A stretch of DNA of 32,208 nt, taken from positions 1 through 32,208 of the forward strand of contig JAPYWP010000001.1 of assembly GCA_028276315.1 (NCBI GenBank). The letters run 5' to 3'. The notes beneath the pieces are model-generated. The model was not told the origin of the DNA, did no database searches, and worked only from the letters and a program-made list of their open reading frames with translations. Position numbers and translations under genes: made by a program. Numbering within the stretch: position 1 is the first letter of the stretch; each line of letters starts with the position of its first letter. Positions 8,544 to 17,357 of this stretch are shown here, in pieces. Source of the stretch: Minisyncoccota bacterium. Lineage in GTDB: Bacteria > Patescibacteriota > Minisyncoccia > UBA6257 > HR35.

Positions 8544-10595
8544 TTACCCTTCTAATATTTTACCTTTTTGAGAATATAAAGAATAAAGTTCTGGAAATGA
8601 AGTTAAGTTTGGATCTTTTTCAAGAATCATTTCTGCTGCTTTTTTTGATTTTTCAATTAAAGTTAAATCTTTCAATCCTTCAATTACAAGATCAGGAATT
8701 CCAGATTGCTCTTTTCCAAAAAATTCTCCTGGTCCTCTTAATTTTAAATCTATTTCTGCAAGCTCGAGTGCATTCTTTTTTTCTTTTAATGCTTTTAGTC
8801 TTAAATATCCATTTTTTGTAAATTTGTTTAAAAATAAAAAGGCATAACTTTCTTTACCGTACCTTGATAATCTACCTATCATTTGATAAAGCTGCGCTAA
8901 ACCAAATCTTTCAGCATTTTCTATAATCATAAGATCTAAATTTTGTAAATTTAAACCAACCTCGATAACTGAAGAAGTTACTAAAATATTTATTTTATTT
9001 TTATTTAAATCTTCAATAATTCTATTTTTCTCTTCTGATTTCATTTTTGCATATAACATTGCTATTTGAAAATCACTAAAATATTCTTTTATTTTTTTAT
9101 ACTCAGCCTTAACATTTTTAATTTCGTCATTTTTCTCTTCTACTCTTGGACAAACAATAATAAGTTGAGATCCTTTTTTAATTTTATTTTTTAAAAACTC
9201 ATAAACTTTTTTTCTTTTGTTCTCTGAGACAATATATGTTTTAACTAAAAACGGAAAGGGTCTTTCTTTTATGGTTGAGATATCTAAATCACCATATAAA
9301 ACAAGAGCTAATGTTCTTGGTATTGGAGTTGCTGTCATAGATATAAAATGTGGTATCAAACTACTTTTTGATTTTTCTATTAATTTTGCCCTCTGTTCAA
9401 CTCCAAACCTTTGTTGTTCATCTATTATTACAATTCCAACTTTTTGAAATACTATTTTTTCTCCTAAAAGCGAGTGTGTACCAATCACTATATCTACTTT
9501 ACCTTGAAAAATATTATTTTTCATCTTTTCTTTAGATATTTTTACAAAATAACCGCCGTGACCAAAAAGACATTCATTTGATGAAATATAACCTAAACTT
9601 ATATTTTTTTTAGAGAAAAAACTTAAAAAATCATCAAAATGTTGTCTTGCTAAAACTTCTGTTGGTGCCATTAAAACAGCTTGAAAATTATTTAAAACAA
9701 CATTAAAGACAGCCATTTTAGCTAAAACTGTTTTTCCGCTTCCAACATCTCCTTGTAAAAGTCTATTTGATGGTTTTTGATTTTGTAAATCTTTTTTAAT
9801 CTCTTCCCAAACTCTTTTTTGCTCTTCAGTAAGTTTAAATGGCAAAATTTCTTCAGTTTCTTTTTCATAAATTTTTATTTGGGGGGCTTTTTTTTCTAAA
9901 AGTAATTTTCTTTCTTTTAAAATTTTTAGTTGAAAAATTAAAAGATCTTCAAATATAAACCTTTTTTTACTTTCTTTTGCAATAAAAATATCTTTTGGAA
10001 AATGAACATTTAAAATAGCGTCATCTATTTTTTTAAGATTAAATTCTTTTAAAATAAAATCTGGTAAAGGATCTTTTAAGGTTTTAAGATCTAAATTTTG
10101 GAAAATATTAAAAATTATTTTTCTAATTTGTTTCGAATTTATACTGCCTATTTTTCTATATACAGGCACTACCCTTGCAAGATGGATTGTTTTTTGTTCT
10201 TCTGTAGCTACTTCTAATGGACTAAAATAAGTACCAAATTTATTTTTCACAAGTTTTCCGGCTATATAAATTTCTTTTCCTTTAAATTTAATTGGATGTC
10301 TTTGCCCAAACCAAAGAACCCTTAAAGAAGCGGTATCGTCTGTTAAAATTCCCTCTGTAATTAAAAGTTTTCTTTTTCCTATTCTATATTGCCTCAAAGA
10401 ACCTAATTTACCATAAATTGTTACAGCTTGATCAAATTTTAAATCCTTTATTTTTACTATTTTGCTAAAATCATCATACCTAAAAGGAAAATAAAAAATT
10501 AAATCTTTAACTATATTAAATCCATTTTCTTTTAATATATTAGAAATTTTAGGCCCTACTCCTTTTACATATCTTAAATCATCAGTTAACTTCAT
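8544..10595 (-). CDS. recG: ATP-dependent DNA helicase RecG
   Basis: 683-aa ORF with an N-terminal wedge/OB region, Walker A GDVGSGKT and motif II IIDEQQRFG, in the typical RecG superfamily-2 helicase layout. Confidence 0.93.
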   Translation of the reverse strand: MKLTDDLRYVKGVGPKISNILKENGFNIVKDLIFYFPFRYDDFSKIVKIKDLKFDQAVTIYGKLGSLRQYRIGKRKLLITEGILTDDTASLRVLWFGQRHPIKFKGKEIYIAGKLVKNKFGTYFSPLEVATEEQKTIHLARVVPVYRKIGSINSKQIRKIIFNIFQNLDLKTLKDPLPDFILKEFNLKKIDDAILNVHFPKDIFIAKESKKRFIFEDLLIFQLKILKERKLLLEKKAPQIKIYEKETEEILPFKLTEEQKRVWEEIKKDLQNQKPSNRLLQGDVGSGKTVLAKMAVFNVVLNNFQAVLMAPTEVLARQHFDDFLSFFSKKNISLGYISSNECLFGHGGYFVKISKEKMKNNIFQGKVDIVIGTHSLLGEKIVFQKVGIVIIDEQQRFGVEQRAKLIEKSKSSLIPHFISMTATPIPRTLALVLYGDLDISTIKERPFPFLVKTYIVSENKRKKVYEFLKNKIKKGSQLIIVCPRVEEKNDEIKNVKAEYKKIKEYFSDFQIAMLYAKMKSEEKNRIIEDLNKNKINILVTSSVIEVGLNLQNLDLMIIENAERFGLAQLYQMIGRLSRYGKESYAFLFLNKFTKNGYLRLKALKEKKNALELAEIDLKLRGPGEFFGKEQSGIPDLVIEGLKDLTLIEKSKKAAEMILEKDPNLTSFPELYSLYSQKGKILEG

Positions 10596-10948
10596 AGATT
10601 AGCTTCTTTAAGATTTTTTATAAACTCATCTACAATTTTTTTAAGTTCTTCTTCAATAATTTTTAAAGCTTTTTCATTTTTAAAATAAAATGATCTTTGT
10701 AATATAATGTTTGCAATTATCTTTATTTTTGAATCTTTGCTAAGATAATTTTTTAAATTTTCATTTTTCTCCAACTCTAAAAATTCATCTAATAATGATT
10801 TAAATTCATCTTCAACTTCTTTTTCTATCCCCTCTTCTTTAAATCTTTCAAAAACTCTATCACTAAATACTTCTAAAAATTCCATCTTTTCTTCATCATT
10901 AAGTTGATCAAAAAATAATTTTAAAATTTCAATATATTCCTTTTCCAT
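10592..10948 (-). CDS. Hypothetical acidic, helical protein (118 aa)
   Basis: Intact ORF whose stop overlaps the recG start by 4 nt. It is rich in Glu, Lys and Leu. No recognisable motif. Confidence 0.6.
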   Translation of the reverse strand: MEKEYIEILKLFFDQLNDEEKMEFLEVFSDRVFERFKEEGIEKEVEDEFKSLLDEFLELEKNENLKNYLSKDSKIKIIANIILQRSFYFKNEKALKIIEEELKKIVDEFIKNLKEANL

Positions 10949-10957
10949 AAATTTCTA

Positions 10958-11359
10958 TTATTTAAAACTTCCACCCATATTCTCTAAATTATTCATAAAT
11001 ATCTCAGCAAGTTTATTACACAAAATTACCCACAATAAAGGAATTATAAATATAAGCCCCATTAAAGTCATTCCTAATTTTTTAAATTTTTCTTTTTTTT
11101 CTGATTTTTTCTTTAATTTTTCTTCAATAATTTTTTTTGCAGAACCCCTAATTTTTTCCTTATCTTCTTTTTCTAATCTTTTCATAATTTCTTTTACATC
11201 ATGACCTTCTTTTATTTTCTTTATAATTTCTTCTATATCATTTTTTCTTGTTGTGTATATTTTTTCTTCTAAAGCGCTTGCCTCTTTTTTTAATTCTTCT
11301 ATTCCTATTTCTTTTTTCTCTTCGCCTTTTTTTATAAATTTTTCCAAATCTCCATTCAT
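10958..11359 (-). CDS. Hypothetical Lys/Glu-rich protein with a C-terminal transmembrane segment (133 aa from MNGDLEKF...)
   Basis: The track ORF runs to 11398, but its first 13 codons overlap the tmRNA 3' acceptor/T-arm. The first ATG outside the RNA is at 11359. A hydrophobic segment LGMTLMGLIFIIPLLWVILC lies near the C-terminus. Confidence 0.55.
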   Translation of the reverse strand: MNGDLEKFIKKGEEKKEIGIEELKKEASALEEKIYTTRKNDIEEIIKKIKEGHDVKEIMKRLEKEDKEKIRGSAKKIIEEKLKKKSEKKEKFKKLGMTLMGLIFIIPLLWVILCNKLAEIFMNNLENMGGSFK

Positions 11360-11367
11360 AAAATTTG

Positions 11368-11690
11368 TGGAGGTGACGGGAATTGAACCCGCGTCCAAGA
11401 AGGTCTTGTTAAAAACTCTACGGGGGTAGGGGGTTTAATTATTCTTTTAGGGTTTAAAACCCCCAAAATCCCTAAAAGAAGCTACAGTTAAATTTTACTG
11501 AATTAAAAGCTGTAGCACCTTTTAATTCAGCTAGTAGAGCTTGATTTTGGAAATAGCACCGCTCTACAAAATGCTATTCCCAGAAATTTCTTTAAAAAAT
11601 TAAGCTACGGCAGTTTTTTAGCCGCTTTTAAGGTGCGGCAAACCTCCCCGCATTTTTAACTTGACCTTCTTGTCGAATCCTTTCACCCCC
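11368..11690 (-). ncRNA. ssrA: tmRNA (SsrA), about 323 nt; CCA not encoded
   Basis: The minus strand starts GGGGGTGAAAGGATTCGACA and ends GGACGCGGGTTCAATTCCCGTCACCTCCA. The acceptor stem GGGGGTG/CACCTCC contains the G3:U70 alanine identity pair. Both ends closely match canonical tmRNA, and the segment is a GC-rich patch in an AT-rich genome. Confidence 0.93.
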
Positions 11691-11710
11691 TATTTAAAAT
11701 TTATTTACTT

Positions 11711-12020
11711 TGGAAAGTAACCAATAAGCCGGCTTCTGTTTTAGACCATTAATCTTGGTTAAGAATTGCTTCTTAACTCAAGCGGCTCTCCCAAAATGGG
11801 AACGGCCTTGCACCCAGGAGGCAAAGACCATTTTTCGGGGTCACCCCCGAAAAAGAATTAAGGTCCTTTTAAATGGTTTTAAAAGAACCTTAATTCAGTT
11901 TCACATTACTTCGTCTCTGTGGTCTTTGCAAAAGATTGCTCTTTTCTGCGTTTCCGCAGCTCCTTTTTTGGGTGGCCGGACTTTCCTCCCTAAAAGGGCG
12001 GTCTTTTTGGTTACTTTCCT
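11711..12020 (-). ncRNA. rnpB: RNase P RNA, bacterial type A, compact (about 310 nt)
   Basis: The minus strand contains the universally conserved GGGAGGAAAGTCCGGCC (CR-I/P4 5' strand) and AACAGAAGCCGGCTTATTGG (P4 3' strand). The ends form a perfect 12-bp P1 helix (GGAAAGTAACCA at the 5' end, TGGTTACTTTCC at the 3' end). Confidence 0.9.
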
Positions 12021-12025
12021 TATAA

Positions 12026-12053
12026 ATTATAAAATAAAATTTAAATTTTGCAA
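12026..12053 (-). promoter_or_regulatory. Sigma70-type promoter for rnpB
   Basis: The minus strand reads TTGCAA (12053-12048), a 16-nt spacer, then TATAAT (12031-12026). The predicted start site, 6-7 nt downstream, coincides with the first base of the P1 helix (about 12020). Confidence 0.6.
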
Positions 12054-12060
12054 ATTAGAG

Positions 12061-13317
12061 TTATAACTTTTCTAAAAATTTTCTAATTTTTTTCTCATCA
12101 ATTTCACCAATTAAAGATATAGCAGCATTATTTTTATTTATAATTTTTCTTGCAATATCTTCTACTTGTTGAATTTTTATTTCTTTAATTTTTTTAATTA
12201 TTTCTTTAGGATCTTCTATTTTTCCTTTTAATATTTTATCTATACCAAAAAACCAAGCATAATCAGTAGACATTTCAAGGCTCATTATAAATTTTGCAAT
12301 CATATTTTCTTTTGCTTTCTCAAACTCATCTTTTTCTATCTTATCTCTAATACTTTTATAAACAGAAACCATAGAATCTAATGCTTCATAAATAAGTTCT
12401 TTTTTAATTCCTGCAAAAGTAGCTAAATAACCATGATCAATAAATCCATCATTTTCTGTTCTAATATAATAAGCTGCTCCTAATTTTTCTCTAATTTCTA
12501 AAAACATTCTAGAACTCATCATTCCTCCTATAATTTTAGATAATAATGATGCAACAATATAATTTTTATCTTTAATTGAAAAACTCAAAAAACCAAAACC
12601 TAAATGAAACTGATTTATTTCTTTTTTTTCTATTTTAATTTTAGGAAGTTTTGGCTTATTGAATTCAGGCTTTAAAGATCTTTCTCCTTCTTTAATATTT
12701 GAGAATTTTTCGAATATTTTTTTAATATCTTTATCTTTTAAGTTTCCAGCAACAATGACAACAATATTTTTTGAATTATAAAACTTATTATAATAACTTA
12801 AAATATCTTGCTTTTTAGTTTTTTTAATATTTTCTTCTAAACCTATTATTGGCCATCCAGCTGGTTGATCTCCATAAAGAGTGTTTAAAAACAAATCCCA
12901 AATATATCTTGCAGGGGTATCTTTATAAAGATTCATCTCTTCAATAATTACTCCTTTTTCTTTTTCTATTTCTTCTTCTGGAAAAATTGAATTTACTAAA
13001 ATATCATTAACTAAAAATAAAATATTATCTAAATTATCATAACTACCTCTAGCCCAATATCCTATATATTCATAAGAAGTAAAAGCATTATATTCAATCC
13101 CATGTCTATCAAATTCGCTTAAAAGATCTTTATAGTTTGGAAAAGTTTTTGTTCCTTTAAAGCATAAATGTTCTATAAAGTGAGATATTCCATTATTCTT
13201 TTTTTCCTCATACTCAGAGCCCGATCTAACTAAAACCAAAACAGTAACCGAGGGAAAATCTTTTTTAACAAAAATAAAATCTGTCCCTTTTTTATTTTTT
13301 TTGGAAATTACTTTCAT
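12061..13317 (-). CDS. M16-family (pitrilysin/insulinase-like) zinc peptidase
   Basis: 418-aa ORF with the inverted zinc motif HFIEH (HxxEH) near the N-terminus, in the two-domain M16 layout. Confidence 0.85.
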   Translation of the reverse strand: MKVISKKNKKGTDFIFVKKDFPSVTVLVLVRSGSEYEEKKNNGISHFIEHLCFKGTKTFPNYKDLLSEFDRHGIEYNAFTSYEYIGYWARGSYDNLDNILFLVNDILVNSIFPEEEIEKEKGVIIEEMNLYKDTPARYIWDLFLNTLYGDQPAGWPIIGLEENIKKTKKQDILSYYNKFYNSKNIVVIVAGNLKDKDIKKIFEKFSNIKEGERSLKPEFNKPKLPKIKIEKKEINQFHLGFGFLSFSIKDKNYIVASLLSKIIGGMMSSRMFLEIREKLGAAYYIRTENDGFIDHGYLATFAGIKKELIYEALDSMVSVYKSIRDKIEKDEFEKAKENMIAKFIMSLEMSTDYAWFFGIDKILKGKIEDPKEIIKKIKEIKIQQVEDIARKIINKNNAAISLIGEIDEKKIRKFLEKL

Positions 13318-13859
13318 TTTTTATAAATTCCGTAAATTTCCCCTGATTTTAAAATCTTGCCTTTTAATAATGGCAAGAGTTCTTCTTTTTTTGAACCACT
13401 AGGTAAATTTAAAATAGAATTTAATGCATAAACCCTGAAAAAATAACGATGCTCTTTACCCGGTGGCGGACAAGGGCCACCATAATTAATTTTACCAAAG
13501 TCATTAATACCCTCATTTGGTGGTTGGTAACCTTCTGGAATTTCTTTAATTGGTGGTATATTCCAAGCGAGCCAATGTACAAAAACTCCACTTGGTGCAT
13601 CAATATCTTCAACTATAATAACAATTGTTTTTGTATCTTCTGGAAGATTTTTTATAAATATTGGTGGATTAATATCTTGACCATCGCAGGTGTATTTTTG
13701 GGGAATAAAATTATTTTCAAAGACAGAACTTAAAATTAACTCATTTTCTTTTAATGACTTACTTTCCTTTTTAAAAATAAATAATTTAAAGAAGAAATAC
13801 AAAACTATTAAAATTAAAAGCAAAATAAAAATTTTTTTAAAATTAAAAAATCCTCTCAT
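13314..13859 (-). CDS. YbhB/YbcL-family PEBP (Raf-kinase-inhibitor-like) protein with an N-terminal membrane anchor or signal
   Basis: 181-aa ORF with PEBP signature blocks (VEDIDAPSGVFVHWLAWNIP and YGGPCPPPGKEHRYFFRVYAL). The N-terminus IFILLLILIVLYFFFKLFIF is hydrophobic. Confidence 0.85.
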   Translation of the reverse strand: MRGFFNFKKIFILLLILIVLYFFFKLFIFKKESKSLKENELILSSVFENNFIPQKYTCDGQDINPPIFIKNLPEDTKTIVIIVEDIDAPSGVFVHWLAWNIPPIKEIPEGYQPPNEGINDFGKINYGGPCPPPGKEHRYFFRVYALNSILNLPSGSKKEELLPLLKGKILKSGEIYGIYKK

Positions 13860-13870
13860 AGAAAAATTAT

Positions 13871-14431
13871 TTAAAATTTAACTTCAACTCTTTTTGATTC
13901 TTCTTGAGATTCAAGATCAAAAAATTCTTCTTCTTTAAATCTAAATATTAAATTCAATAAATTGTTTGGAAAAATTTTTAAAAAAGTATTATAATCCATC
14001 ACAACTTGATTATAAAATCTCCTTGCAGCCTGAATTTTATTTTCTGTATCAGAAAGTTCCATTTGAAGCTCTTTAAAATTCTCATTTGCTTTTAACTGTG
14101 GGTAATTTTCAACTATAACAAAAAGATTTCTTATTAAATCGTTCATTTGCCTTTGATTTAAATCTATATCTTTTACATCATTTAAGTTATAGAAATTAGA
14201 TCTTAATTCTGTTATTTTTGTTAAAACTTCTTTCTCATGAATAGCATATCCTTTTACTGTATTCACTAAATTTCCAATTAAATCATATCTTCTTTTAAGC
14301 TGAACCTCTATATCTGACCAGGCTTCTTTAACTCGATACTTTCTTTTAACAAAACCATTATAAGCAAAAATAACATAAAAAATTAAAACAATAATTATTA
14401 AAAATATAATTTTTTCTATCGTTATTTCCAT
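13871..14431 (-). CDS. lemA: LemA family membrane protein
   Basis: 186-aa ORF with an N-terminal TM helix followed by the LemA pattern YNGFVKRKYRVKEAWSDIEVQLKRRYDLIGNLVNTVKGYAIHE. Confidence 0.88.
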   Translation of the reverse strand: MEITIEKIIFLIIIVLIFYVIFAYNGFVKRKYRVKEAWSDIEVQLKRRYDLIGNLVNTVKGYAIHEKEVLTKITELRSNFYNLNDVKDIDLNQRQMNDLIRNLFVIVENYPQLKANENFKELQMELSDTENKIQAARRFYNQVVMDYNTFLKIFPNNLLNLIFRFKEEEFFDLESQEESKRVEVKF

Positions 14432-14434
14432 ATG

Positions 14435-15067
14435 TTAAATTTTAAATCTTTTTTCTAAAATTTCAATACCACAGAGATCCAAAAAAAGATATTTATGATT
14501 TAAAAGATCTTTCAGATTCAAATTTCTCACTTCTGTAGCAAAAACCCCCTCAATATTCCTACAGCTTTTTATAAGATCTCTACTACATAAAGCAATTGTA
14601 ACACTTTTTTTCTTTTTTTTGCCTAAAATATTTTCTAAAAAGTTATTAATTTCTTTTGTTTTCTTCCCCAAAGAATTTAACTCATCAAATACCATTACTT
14701 CATTGTCCTTTATTTTTTTAAACAATAAAGAACGTAAAGCATTAATTCTCATTTTTTTAGGAATTTTAAATTCATATTTTTTTTCATTTCTAGGACCAAA
14801 AGTTACGCCGCCACCTTTCCATAAAGGAGAACGAATAGAGCCGTGCCTTGCTCTACCTGTGCCTTTTTGTGGCCATGGCTTTCTCCCGCCACCTCTTACT
14901 TCTGCTCTTGTCTTTGTATGAGCAAAGCTATAATGAGTCTTATTTAAATGCCATCTTAAAACCTGATGTATCAATGGTTCATTAAATTTATAAACAAAAA
15001 CTTCAGGAAGCTCAATTTCTTTTACTTTTTCTCCTTTTAAATTATAAACAGGCAACTTCATTTTCAT
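14435..15067 (-). CDS. rplD: 50S ribosomal protein L4
   Basis: 210-aa ORF containing RGGGRKPWPQKGTGRARHGSIRSPLWKGGGVTFGP. It follows rplC. Confidence 0.96.
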   Translation of the reverse strand: MKMKLPVYNLKGEKVKEIELPEVFVYKFNEPLIHQVLRWHLNKTHYSFAHTKTRAEVRGGGRKPWPQKGTGRARHGSIRSPLWKGGGVTFGPRNEKKYEFKIPKKMRINALRSLLFKKIKDNEVMVFDELNSLGKKTKEINNFLENILGKKKKKSVTIALCSRDLIKSCRNIEGVFATEVRNLNLKDLLNHKYLFLDLCGIEILEKRFKI

Positions 15068-15072
15068 GAATT

Positions 15073-15684
15073 TTATTTTTTAATTAATACTCCTTTTCTA
15101 GTTAAAAAATAAGGTCTAATTTCTAAAAGACCACCTTTTTGACCAGGAACAGAACCCTTTAATGCTAAAAGATTATTTTCTGGATCAATATCTACAATTT
15201 CAAGATTTTTAACTGTGACTCTTTTATTTCCCATTCTTCCAGCCATCTTTCTTCCTTTAAAAACTCTCTGAGGATAAGATGGGCCAATAGAACCAGGGTG
15301 TCTTAATCTATCTTGCTGACCATGAGACTTTGGACCACCAGAGAATCCATGTCTTTTTACAACCCCTTGAAAACCTTTTCCTTTTGAAATACCACTAATA
15401 TTTACTTTATCACCTTCTTTAAAAAATGAAACATTAATTTTATCTCCTACTTTTATATCTTTTATTAATTCTTCTTGAACTCTAAATTCTCTTATATATT
15501 TAAATGGCGGTTTTGTTTTTTTTATTTTTTTTGCTTTTTTAATCTCTTCAAAACCAAGAACTAATCTTAAGGGGTTTTTTTTAATATCTAAAACAACACA
15601 GGGTCCAGCCTCTATAATAGTTACTGGAATAACTTTTCCATTTTTAAAAATTTGACTCATTCCTATTTTTTTACCAAGTAACAT
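15073..15684 (-). CDS. rplC: 50S ribosomal protein L3
   Basis: 203-aa ORF containing GKGFQGVVKRHGFSGGPKSHGQ. It lies between rpsJ and rplD. Confidence 0.96.
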   Translation of the reverse strand: MLLGKKIGMSQIFKNGKVIPVTIIEAGPCVVLDIKKNPLRLVLGFEEIKKAKKIKKTKPPFKYIREFRVQEELIKDIKVGDKINVSFFKEGDKVNISGISKGKGFQGVVKRHGFSGGPKSHGQQDRLRHPGSIGPSYPQRVFKGRKMAGRMGNKRVTVKNLEIVDIDPENNLLALKGSVPGQKGGLLEIRPYFLTRKGVLIKK

Positions 15685-15689
15685 GTTTT

Positions 15690-15989
15690 TTAAATTATTT
15701 TAATTTCTATCTCAACTCCAGCAGGTATTGAAATATCTTTTAGGGCAGAGAAAATTTGAGGAGTTGTTTTCATTACATCTATAATTCTTTTATGAATTCT
15801 AATCTCAAATTGTTCTCTTGAATCTTTATAAATAAATGGAGCTCTATTTACTGTGATTTTTTTGATTTCAGTTGGAAGTGGAATTGGTCCTTTATAATCT
15901 GCATCAAATCTTTTTAAAATATCAATAATCTCTCGACAAGAAGTGTCGATTAATTTATTATCGTAAGATTTAAGCTTAATTCTAATCAT
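15690..15989 (-). CDS. rpsJ: 30S ribosomal protein S10
   Basis: 99-aa ORF starting MIRIKLKSYD and containing GPIPLPT...FEIRIHKRIID. Confidence 0.96.
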   Translation of the reverse strand: MIRIKLKSYDNKLIDTSCREIIDILKRFDADYKGPIPLPTEIKKITVNRAPFIYKDSREQFEIRIHKRIIDVMKTTPQIFSALKDISIPAGVEIEIKII

Positions 15990-16023
15990 AACTCAAAATT
16001 TTGAATTTTGTTTTTTAATTTAC

Positions 16024-17223
16024 TTATTTTATTATTTTTGTGACAACTCCAGCACCAACAGTTTTACCACCTTCTCTTATAGCAAATCTTTGTCCAACTT
16101 CTAATGCAACTGGATATATCAAAGTAACCTTCAAATTAACATTATCACCTGGCATAACCATTTCAATACCCTCTGGAAGTTTAATTTCTCCAGTAACATC
16201 TGTTGTTCTAATATAAAATTGTGGCCTATACCCACTGAAAAATGGAGTATGTCTTCCACCCTCTTCTTTTGTTAAAACATAAACTTCTGCCTCAAATTCT
16301 TGATGTGGAGTAACAGTACCTGGTTTTGCAACAACTTGACCTCTTTCTACTTCTTCTTTCTTAATTCCTCTTAAAAGCAATCCTACATTATCTCCTGCCT
16401 TAGCCTCATCTAATGTTTTATTAAACATTTCAATACCTGTTACAACTGTTTTTTGTGTTGGTCTTAAGCCTACAATTTCAACTTCTTCGTTTAATTTTAA
16501 AACCCCTCTTTCAACTCTACCAGTAACAACAGTACCTCTACCTTCAATTGAGAAAATATCTTCTATTGGCATTAAAAATGGTTTTTCAGTGTCTCTAACT
16601 GGTTCTGGGAAATAATTATCTATAGCATCTAAAAGCTCTAAAATACCTTTTGCATAAGGATCATCTAATGATTTTGCTTCAAGTGCTTTTAATGCTGATC
16701 CTCTTATAACTGGAACCTCATCTCCTGGAAAACCGTATTTTTTCAAAAGTTCTCTTACTTCACTTTCAACTAAATCAACAATTTCAGGATCTTCAACCAT
16801 ATCTATTTTATTTAAGAAAACAACAATAGCAGGGACTCCAACTTGTCTTGCAAGTAAAATATGTTCTCTTGTTTGTGGCATTGCACCATCTGGAGCAGAA
16901 ACAACCAAAATAGCACCATCCATTTGAGCAGCGCCTGTTATCATATTCTTTATATAATCTGCATGCCCCGGACAATCAATGTGTGCATAGTGTCTTTTTT
17001 CTGTCTCATATTCTGAGTGGTGAATATTTATAGTAATTCCTCTTGCTTTTTCTTCTGGAGCATTATCAATTTCATCAACAGTTTCAGCTTTTTCTATTAA
17101 TCCTTTAAGCTTTAATACATATTGAATTGCTGCAGTTAAGGTTGTTTTTCCATGGTCTACGTGGCCAATTGTTCCAACATTAAGGTGTGGTTTTTTTCTT
17201 TCAAATTTTTGTTTTTCTGCCAT
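16024..17223 (-). CDS. tuf: Translation elongation factor Tu
   Basis: 399-aa ORF with G motifs [17 protein letters not shown] and NKIDMV. Confidence 0.99.
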   Translation of the reverse strand: MAEKQKFERKKPHLNVGTIGHVDHGKTTLTAAIQYVLKLKGLIEKAETVDEIDNAPEEKARGITINIHHSEYETEKRHYAHIDCPGHADYIKNMITGAAQMDGAILVVSAPDGAMPQTREHILLARQVGVPAIVVFLNKIDMVEDPEIVDLVESEVRELLKKYGFPGDEVPVIRGSALKALEAKSLDDPYAKGILELLDAIDNYFPEPVRDTEKPFLMPIEDIFSIEGRGTVVTGRVERGVLKLNEEVEIVGLRPTQKTVVTGIEMFNKTLDEAKAGDNVGLLLRGIKKEEVERGQVVAKPGTVTPHQEFEAEVYVLTKEEGGRHTPFFSGYRPQFYIRTTDVTGEIKLPEGIEMVMPGDNVNLKVTLIYPVALEVGQRFAIREGGKTVGAGVVTKIIK

Positions 17224-17285
17224 AGTAAGAAAACTTAGACCATCTTTAAAGATAGCCTAAGTTTTAAAATTTTATTAATAATTAA

Positions 17286-17294
17286 ATTATAACA
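17286..17294 (-). promoter_or_regulatory. Extended -10 promoter element (TGTTATAAT) upstream of tuf
   Basis: The minus strand reads TGTTATAAT about 60 nt upstream of the tuf ATG. The same 15-nt context, TTTTATGTTATAATT, recurs upstream of rpsS. Confidence 0.4.
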
Positions 17295-17357
17295 TAAAAA
17301 TTTAAAAGGCAACATATAAAGTTGATTTTAAAAAATTTTGAGTTAAAATATAAAATT

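Noticed and set aside
11360-11398. N-terminal 13 codons (MDAGSIPVTSTNF) of the 146-aa track ORF
   Set aside because: These codons are the reverse complement of the tmRNA T-arm and acceptor 3' strand. The CDS more plausibly starts at the ATG at 11359.
11755-12066. 103-aa plus-strand ORF from the six-frame track
   Set aside because: It lies antisense across the RNase P RNA gene. Its unusual GC-rich composition comes from the structured RNA, not from coding.
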